64,000 nucleotides of DNA from the NCBI GenBank assembly GCA_965645245.1, contig OZ287072.1:372001-436000 (forward strand). Reading direction: 5' to 3'. Position 1 is the first letter of the stretch. Each line of letters opens with the position of its first letter. A model generated the notes under the pieces. The model saw only the letters and a program-made list of their open reading frames with translations, did not search any database and was not told where the DNA came from. Of this stretch, positions 55,380 through 64,000 are shown one piece after another. A program made the translations under genes and the position numbers. Source of the DNA: Massalongia carnosa (lineage: Eukaryota).

Positions 55380-55587
55380 ACTGAAGGAACTGAAGCTGGC
55401 TTATCGTTGTGTTCTTGGCGAGCCTGAGTATAGAACGACTACAAGTTTGGCTTAGAAGGCGTTGATACCCTTTTGTATGTAATTGCGGACAGGCACACAG
55501 GCTCCTTGAGGTCAGCAAGACAGTTTATGTACTTCTTACCTCGGCCCCTCAGAAACAAGACAAGGGCTCACATAAGCGTAGGTTTTA

Positions 55588-57506
55588 ACCGTGCGCTCCA
55601 GGTGCGGCTCACCTCCATGACGCTATCATCTCCATGACGCATTTCTCAAACTATTTACATTATATCCATTGATTGACCCTTTCAAAATGAAGCTATTCAA
55701 AATCAAAGGCTGACGTTCATCTATCCAGCTTTCGGCCTTTTTACCCACCAAGCCAAACCGTTTAGCTATCGCTTTTCCATAGAGAAATATTTTCTTTTGT
55801 CTAGCCGTCTCAGCACGCTTTTGACGACCCTCCTCCCTTTCCACCTCTTCTTGGGTACGATGTAGGTGATTGTGCCTCACATCTCGAACGGTAACGATTC
55901 CTCCCTTCTGAACAACGGTACCAGCAAGCTTTTTTCGGGCCCTTTTAGCTAATGCAGCTGTGTGTGTGGCTTGCAAGTCGCGTTGCGTCAATTCTACGGA
56001 GTAGTAAATTAGCGTTTGCAACCGACCCTTTGATAAAACGTCGCATTCTTTCTGGAGTAATTTCTTTATTATTATTCATTCGCTGAATAATGTTTTCCCC
56101 TTCCTTAGCAACGTCTTTGGGCTTTTTGGGGGTATGAGGTAGGATTATTGTCTCCGAAGATGATATTGGTAGTGGTAGTAATGCCGGATTTAAAGCACGA
56201 ATTTTGGTCAAGACTACCTCCGGATTGTAAGGTATCAACCCAGTTTTTTCCCAGGCTGATTTGATAGTAGATGATTTGAATGCCTTTGTACAAATTGATT
56301 GAATGCGGCCAGAAAATCCAGACGATTGAAGTCAACGTCACTCAACCGAATGGCGTTGTCAACCGCTTCAGCATGATAATGTTTCATTGGCTGAAAAACA
56401 CCAACGTCCAATGGCTGCGTCAAATGGGTTGAATGGGGGGGGGGGGGTAATCTGAATAAACAGATATTATTTTCTTTCGAATATTCCCAAAATTCATACG
56501 TTAGATGAGATCCATATCCATTCAACAAAAGAAGCCTAAACGCTCCTTTTTGAACCTTTTTTGAATGAGCATTAAAATGCTTTAACCACTCTAATGCTAG
56601 ACAATCATTCGAATAGCCGCTATCGCTTGTAGTCAACACGATATCATCTTTCAAATCATTCTCTAAGGCCCATTTGTGAAGTATGTTGACCCCTTTCAAA
56701 ATCAAAAAGGATGGAACGCTTCCGCCAACTCCATTGATGCATTCGACCGAAGTTATATAGTCTCGATTGTCTGGATCAGCGATCATAATTCGTTTATGTG
56801 ATGATAGTGTCACCACCAAAGGGGTTACCCCACAGCCAACTCGAAAGCCTGTCTCATCCATATTCCATATATCATCTGGAGTTATACCAAGAAGGGCTAC
56901 AGTCGATTGAAATGAAGAGAAATAAGTTTAAATATCCGTAACATTGTGAGCGTTTTTCCTTTCGGCTGCTAATGGCTTGCCTTTTTGCATGAAAAATTGG
57001 GGATTTCTTTTCAAGAATCGTCCGGTCCAGCATTTTCCTACGCGGGTGAGAGAAGTTGAAGACGAGGAAGGATGTTGCAATTGCAACAAATAATTAGCTG
57101 CACCGCGAATCAATGGCAATCTTATTGATAATTCAATATCATCAAAAAATTCAATATACTCCTTCAGGGCTAGTTCTAGTGCAGCAGACAGCCTCATATT
57201 GACTGCTTTTCGCTTGCTATATCCATGTAGTCTTCTTTGAAATAGACGAGGTGAAATATCGAATTCTTTGGCACAGGCTGCGGCTGATTTGTATGTGTTC
57301 TTTGCAAATGCATCTAAGGCCTTTGCAATGTTAGCCTCTCGTTTCTTGTACGAATCAGACATTATGTGGTTGAATAATAAATGGTTGATGATAGATGATA
57401 GAAATTTTTTAAAAATGCGTCATGGAGATGATAGCGTCATGGAGGTGAGCCGCACCCCGAGCGGAGCTCGGGATGCGGTCCATCGGATTTACCTCGGTCG
57501 CACGGT
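55588..57506 (-). mobile_element. Second full-length pogo/Fot1-like DNA transposon (different family from 22130-24003)
   Basis: TIR ACCGTGCGCTCCAGGTGCGGCTCACCTCCATGACGCTATCATCTCCATGACGCATT and its inverse at 57414-57506 (with a 37-bp insertion); TA duplication at 55586-55587 and 57507-57508. Confidence 0.93.
55626..57362 (-). pseudogene. pogo/Fot1 transposase pseudogene
   Basis: HTH region (MSDSYKKRE...), MDETGF and QPLDVG present. Contains stops and frameshifts; second catalytic Asp reads Asn (LNGYGSH); expanded poly-G tract at 56435-56447. Confidence 0.92.
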
Positions 57507-57994
57507 TAAGTACTGATAGTAGGCACGGTGGCACGTAGGGTACAGCGTACTCTGTACTCTGGACGACATGAACCTCGCAATCAGGTAAATTATCTGCTCA
57601 ACATTTTCACCTATTCTGTGATAACCTTCAAGCAAAGAAACGCTTGGCAATTCATCAAAAAATGAGTAGTTGGTTGGATTCAGTTCATACTACATCATAA
57701 CAGTCATATGCCGAACGGGACGCTTTCTTAAGGTATGTTTTCTCCTTTCGGTTCAGTAAGGCTTGCTACGCGTGTTCGATGCAAGCAAATGTAATGCTTG
57801 CGTTCCTTAATGCATAATCCATGACCAGGAACTAGAATGGGGATACCATCATCCTCTTACCCAAGGACGATAGAACAGCTGTAGATTGCGGTGTCAACTC
57901 TTCAAACCCGGCAGAAACAATCGATACAAGTGCACACCTCAGGGTAGAAGCTCTCCCTGTCCGTGGTCGGTTGTCTGCTGTCTGCTGTCTGCGA

Positions 57995-60873
57995 TCACAT
58001 CCCAGCCTCTAAAATCTTCTTGACACATTCTCGGTTATACACCTTTCGATGATAAGCCAGCAGCTTTGGATACCTCTTTTCATCAAAATGGTCCCACACG
58101 GTAATTATGTCATCTAGCACTGGCCAAAATGCACAATCAATAATGGTCCAAAAATCACCCGCGATATATTCCGCCTCTGCAGCGTATCCCTCCCACGTGT
58201 CCAGATCGCCATGAAATTCCTCCAATAGCGAATGATTAGGTGTCGCCGGCCGTTCGGCAGGGGTTGCTAGATCGGCTAATGATAAGGATTCGTTCATCAA
58301 AGGCATAGACTGGAGTTCACGCCACCAGAACAGCAGCTCGTTGGATTTGGAAGCGCGTGTAAAAATGAGCGCGGAGGCGCGGTGGAGTTCTCGGGCAGAA
58401 ATTCCTTCCGGAGCTGGAAAAGGGTAAAATTTTTCCAGATAAAACAGAATGGCCAGATCGCCCTCGGTTTCCGAACAATCTTCGTCCACATCTCTAAAAA
58501 TGGGTTTTTGGGTGTTGGAGAGCCCATGGGTCCAAGGATGGAATTTATATCTGTTAATCCTTGACTCCAAGGGAGCTGCGATCGTTCTTTCCGTCAAAAC
58601 GTAAGCAAGGCGCTTCTCAGACAGAGAGAGTCGTACTCGGAGATTAGCCACCTTATCATCGCACAGAGTAAGTTTGGTCTTCTCACTAATGAGGTTGATC
58701 ACATCAAAGCCTCTGCCGTACTCCTTATCCCAATCAAAGTCACATTGATGATTTTCTTTACCAAAACCGATGATCATGGCTTCCATTTCTGCATCGTCGG
58801 CTGGGGAGATTTTTCCTGCCATCGACTTTGATTTCTGTCTAGCGCCTGAGCCCCAAATTGTCTTATGAAACGGGTCCATAAACGTGCCGATCTGCCTAAA
58901 AGTAATTGAAATCCGTTCCCCGTCATACGAGGTTTCTTCTTCAACTTTCATATGTGAGGGTCGTTTGTCTGCTCTAACTCCATGGAGCCATTGCAAATTC
59001 GTTTCGGGGCCCAGCACAAACATCGAATTGTGAGGCATTGGAATTCGCTGCATTTGCCGTGGCGCAGCTGGACTGTCCGAACCATGCCGGCGGTTAGATT
59101 TTTTGATACGCAAAGTCATGACCCTTTGAGCTCCAAGGCTCAAGTTAACAATGCTAGAACCGCGGACAATATCCAGAGTCTATCATCGTTATCGCAACTC
59201 AATCCTAGAATCAAAGCAGAACTTACTTTATCGGAGTGCTCTGATATATTGTCATTTCCGTCGCGATATAACTGAATGAGTGCATGATTAAAAGGTTGCT
59301 TTAGTAAGTCCTCAACCTCTTTCTTGATCCGATCAATCCGCGAGGAGAACGGTAGCAACAGTGGCGACTCATCTGCTGGATGTCGATATATCGGTATGCT
59401 TGCATCCTTCCCCACTTCTCCTTGCACAGCCACAAGCCGAGGAACCATTCCGCTTCGATGGTGCATGGTCTGCCACCTAACTTCTTCTTTAAGCAAGTTA
59501 AATGCGCCATCGACTACACTTGAACTCAGGACGTCATATATTATTTGAGAATCTCCAGCACCAATGGTATCTTGCGGTCCCAGCGTCTGAGTCCCGGCTG
59601 ACATCCATGAGTCCCGTTTCCTCCCCGACGAAATACCTGGACTTGGAAGTGGCGTGAGGCCATCGGATAAAGCTATCGGTTTTTGAACTGCTTGCTTCTC
59701 GGATATCTCACTTGCGATGGTTATTGCCTCCACCGGGTTCGTGTTATTACCACTTACTGATCGCGCTAGAGGCTCAACATCGGACCTTGCAGTTTCCTCT
59801 GGTTCATTCATCGGACTGGTGGAGCCTTCGACCTTCGTATTATCCGAATGAGTAGGGATCTTCGGACTCTGCCCGTCTATTAATGAACTCTGAAGAGTGA
59901 TCCCTTCGATTCCAGGACCCAAAAACATAGGCGCTTCGGAATCGGGGGGTATTCCTCCCGCCTCCTCGATAATCTCTTCACTATCAATTCCATTGACACC
60001 CATGATATCTGCCATCTGACGCATAGCATCTTCATGCTTAGCCTCACTTCGATATCCAAGGCAGTCTTCCACAACGGTTACTCCGAGCCCATGCTGTACC
60101 GCATCTGCAGCGCTCGCGTAGACTCCGACGTTGGTGAGACATCCGCAGAGATAGACATCTGTAACAAGTTTCATTCGTAGAGACATAAGCAAAGACGTCT
60201 GATCAAAAGCGGAGTAGTGATGCTTCGTGATTATCAAGTCTTTGGCTTCGTCAACTACAGAAAGCAACTGATCAGCTATCTCCGCGCCGAGCGTGCCGCC
60301 AATATAAAACCTTGGCTGCTGGCCTTTCCGTGGCTTGCTCACGTGTTCTTCGAAAATATCTTCATTATCATTGAATACATCCATGTTTGCTGTTCGTTGT
60401 TCAGCCCTATATTTCGCTGAAGCACGTTTCATCATCGCTTGGGAGCGGCTTGTTGGATGGTATGTTTGAGCACTCTTAGGGGAATTGCTTGGCGAGCCCG
60501 ATTCCAAATTTGAGCGCTCCACTTTCGCTTCTCCTCCATTGCTTGATGTATCATCCTCTAACTGCTTTTCTTCGGCTTCTCGCTCTTCTCGGTTCTTCTC
60601 ATCGATTTTAGCAACCTCCTCTTCGATGTAGGCAGATCCCGGAGAGATAGGATACGATTTCGTCCCCATTTCAGTGCGTATCCAGATAACTTCACCAATG
60701 TTCCGAAAATGAGGGACCAACGCCTTTATACGATCCACGAATTCATGATTTTTTGTAATATATACTTCCCCATTGGAATAAAGAGAGTCGTTTTGCAGGT
60801 TTATAATGATCAAGGCTCGTCGAGTCGCAAATTGCGGGAGTAGACCTGGCACCTGACTTAGAGTAGAGAACAT
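57995..60873 (-). CDS. Isochorismatase-like + 2OG-Fe(II) AlkB-like oxygenase + GST C-terminal-like fusion protein
   Basis: ALIIINLQND, TKHHYSAF and TVVEDCLG (cysteine-hydrolase fold). PRLVAVQG, NHALIQLYRDGNDNISEHSDK|TLD, WLHGV and RISITFR (AlkB). YIAGDFWTIIDCAFWP...YPKL (GST-C). Intron at ~59180-59226; start uncertain. Confidence 0.88.
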
Positions 60874-61987
60874 TCTGGACTTTCTTTGTTTGGGGACGTG
60901 GACCGACAAAGATCGTCTCCAGGCATGAGATGGAGCTTCCCATGCATCAGGTTCAGACAAAGCATGAAAGCCAAAATCGTAGAGAGAATTATACTATGCC
61001 GTGCTTTGCCACATACTTGGCTGAAGGGATAGATTTTTGTTTGTAAGTGGTTTTACATACTCATTTACATGACGGGATTTGTATTGTTGATGAAACGAAG
61101 CACAGACCAGGTGGATAGGTACACAACCAAAAAAAGGAACTACACAGGATGAAGAGAAAAGGAAACGGAGCTGTAGTTATGTTCACAAATCTGCCTTGAG
61201 GAAACCAAGGATGAAGCAACCGAGTTGGGTGTTAAATGCGAATCTCATGCAAATAGGATTCAGGAGTGTAAAGCACGTTTTGGGTCAAACGACTGCAGCA
61301 TGCGGATAGATTTTTGGTACCGAGCTGGTGGGATGTATTGATTTAATCAATGTTCTACGGTGTTTGTCGTCAACAGACGGCTTGAACAGATTTTGTAGCA
61401 TATGAGAAGGAATACCAAACGGTGAAGACTGCTAGCTGCTGGCTGCTAGACGCCGGATAATGTGCGTGGCGGTGCGAAGGCCGAATGAGTTATCACAACG
61501 TGTCAATTAAGGTATTTATGTAAGTCAGGTGGAGGTAAGATGAAGGTAAAATGTAACTATGGTAAGTTACGATGATTATGCTAAGGGGGTTAACAAGGTA
61601 CTGTGGGTAAAATCCTGAGCTGTGATTGAATTTCTTCGTCGTCACGTTGCCAATCCATCCGAACTTGCCTATAACGTTATGCGTCTAATGTCTACAGAGT
61701 AGCAGAGACCTGCCTGTCTTGGAATGAGTCCACACCGAAGTAACTCGCCGGTATCTCCAGGAAGGTATTCGGTGTATATAGTGCCTGGAAAGGCTGATCA
61801 CGATACTGAATGAGTCACCGTGGAGAGGTATCCTAATAATCTGTACAATGTCTTCGGCAGTTACTATACCCGGTTGGTACGAGTATGTTATGTATGTGTA
61901 CCGAGTTTGAATATGAACCTAAGGTGCTAAGGTGCTTAGGTGCGATGTATGATACGGTGTACGGAGTACTCTGTACTCCGTACATGA

Positions 61988-62046
61988 TAACCCCAAGTCC
62001 TTCTAATCCTAAGTCCTACTAACCCTAAGTCCTAACCCTAAGTCCC
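61988..62046. repeat. Short degenerate tandem repeat containing CCCTAA telomere-like units
   Basis: Four units of about AACCCTAAGTCCT(ACT); CTAACCCTAA occurs twice. Confidence 0.7.
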
Positions 62047-62970
62047 ACCGGTGGATTCTTCGGCCTTACTCTAATTTCATGCAGTAGTCCGCATGAATCG
62101 AACATCATGGGACATTGAAAGCGTTTCCTCCATGGAATGCATACCGAGTAGTCAGCACTCTTTCATTTGTCCACCATTTGTCCACCTGGCGGCTAATCCA
62201 TAGGCTGTCCGCCCCTGCTCCTGCTCCACTTCCCGCTTGCCAGCAAGTTGCAACTTCTTCTGTGTCATCGAAACCTGAACACCGCCTTTTTTACATTTCT
62301 TTTTCATCGACAGGGGTATTGATTGCAAGGTGGATGACAAAGCTCTGGCAAACCATTCCTGCACCTTTCGTCCGTCTTGCCTTTTCCCTGTCGATATAAC
62401 ATTTGAACACCAAGCACTTCCTCTGTATGGTGGGCTTTGCAGGGCTTCAAATTCCGCCGTCAGCCCCCCAACAGCTCTTGCACATCAGCTCTTGCAGATA
62501 TGTGCAACGTCGGCGGTCCGTCGCCTGAACTTGTATCACCTCTCACATAGGTAGTCCAGCATGACAATCCTACCCACAGCGTACTCTGTACAAGGCATCC
62601 CATAGAGATACTCGGTAAACGAACTGTGTCCTACTCAGTACATGATACCCGTCCCTCTTATGTTCACGTCGAGTATCCCATGCAAATGCAAATGCAAATC
62701 CGTGCCCGCGTGCGTCTGATACCACGAAGCTAGTTAGTGCGGCAACAACTGTCGCCATAACGAAGAGTTTCTCAATCGTACAGTTCCAGGCACGGAGTGC
62801 TCCAAGTCGGGTTACCAAATACTTGTTCCTTCAGACGAGTTCTTGCTCAAGTTTTGAAGGAGTACTCGATAGAGTAGATAAAGCATTTACAGGGCAAAAC
62901 TAGGTGTGGCGCTATCGTATCCCACCGCGAGATCTCCACCTATCTCAAATCCTGCAATAACGAAGATGGC

Positions 62971-64000
62971 TTATTTGTTGAAATATTTTGTGATCCTCTG
63001 ACTTCCCTCACCCAGTTTGGTAGGGCTTTCCTTGGTGCCGTTACTGGTCGAACTTCGTTGTCGATGCTTCCTCCCATGCGGCTTTTCAGCCGATGCCGTT
63101 GATGCGTACGCTTCTCTTTTCGCCAACTGGTTCAGTAATATGTTGCTTTCGTCGTCAGCCTCGCGTCTTCGTTTTGACCCTGTGATCTGTGCAGCTAAGG
63201 ACGCAGGGACTGGCAATGGAGCATTATCTTCGGTACTGCCTTGCTCTACCGTAGTTCGCTTTTCTCCATCAGTATGCACAATTCCGGATCCGCTCTTCTT
63301 TACTTGAACTTCATCAGCCGTTATCATGTCTTTTGTTTCACTACCTGAGGCCACCTTCTTAGCGTGGGAGAAGAAGTTTGCAATGTTGTTCTTATTTTCT
63401 GTGCTTGCTACAGGAATAATGAAGGTGGGTGAGTTATTCCCAACCTTCCCGACTTCCTTGCTGACGGCATAGCATTCCAATTCTCCAATATATGGTTTCA
63501 ATAATGATTGTAGTTCCTTTGACCACTCTGAGCGACTGGGATCGAGCCAAGTGCGAATCTGATCAGAGCCATTTTCCAAGATCACTGGCATCCGGTCATG
63601 CAAGAACGAAAGTTGCTTATTCGAATCTGTCGTGATGATTGTATAGGTGTAGTTTTTATCCTCCGAGCCTTGAAACCATCAAAACAGCACTCACACTAGC
63701 TTGGGGGCTGCCTTACCTTCATACTGAACGCAGTCCCACAAACCAGCAAAACACATCAGTTTACCATCTTTTCGCTTGGTGTAGTAAGGGGTCTTTTCTT
63801 TGCCTCCGTTCTTCTTGAGCCATTCGTAAAAACCTTGTGCAACTACAATGCACCGCTTGCCCTTCTTCATAGTATTCCACATCCCCCCGGTTCCTGCCAA
63901 AGAATCATCCCGAGCGTTGATTGTCTTCATCACCGAGCTGTAGCCTGGATTACGTTTTGTCCAGAAGGGGACCAGTCCTGCCTTCTGATCTTAACTGCTG
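62971..64000 (-). CDS. SRAP-domain abasic-site processing protein (HMCES/YedK/DUF159), 5' part outside window
   Basis: GLVPFW, TINAR, RCIVVAQGFYEW, FAGLWD, TYTIIT, HDRMPVIL, VSKEVG; C-terminal QRITKYF PIP-box-like motif; intron at ~63669-63715. Confidence 0.92.

Noticed and set aside
50853..64000. Dedicated DNA-repair gene cluster (TFB5, AlkB fusion, SRAP)
   Set aside because: Unrelated genes and a transposon intervene; without synteny data the wider grouping is probably chance.

Overview
Eukaryotic DNA from a filamentous ascomycete (Pezizomycotina), judged from GT-AG introns with CTRAC/CTAAC branch sites and fungal marker genes; a lichen-forming Lecanoromycete is my guess only. The window holds about 21 intron-containing or intronless genes: an SDR, a coiled-coil protein, an 11-knuckle CCHC (CnjB/Gis2-like) protein, a secreted IgE-binding/PhiA-like protein, a divergent glucose-6-phosphate dehydrogenase, a C2H2 protein, ERV25, SDH5, wetA, a GT1 sterol glucosyltransferase, SNF1, an MFS transporter, NCE102, MIM2, TFB5, a PPxY membrane protein, a dienoyl-CoA isomerase, an isochorismatase-AlkB-GST fusion and a partial SRAP/HMCES gene. 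It also holds two full-length but inactivated pogo/Fot1 DNA transposons with TA target duplications, two MITE-like foldbacks and a 38-bp higher-order minisatellite. The most interesting items are: a G6PD paralogue that has lost the NADP 2'-phosphate-binding Arg (GYART to GFSPD); the tripartite fusion with a degenerate hydrolase active site; a dispersed GTACTCYGTAC motif lying beside the element ends; the dimeric minisatellite with a transition-mutation gradient; a multi-intron 5' leader on the zinc-knuckle gene; and clustered AbaA/WetA-like sites at wetA. No CRISPR, rRNA or complete tRNA was found. Exon boundaries were read by eye and are approximate.
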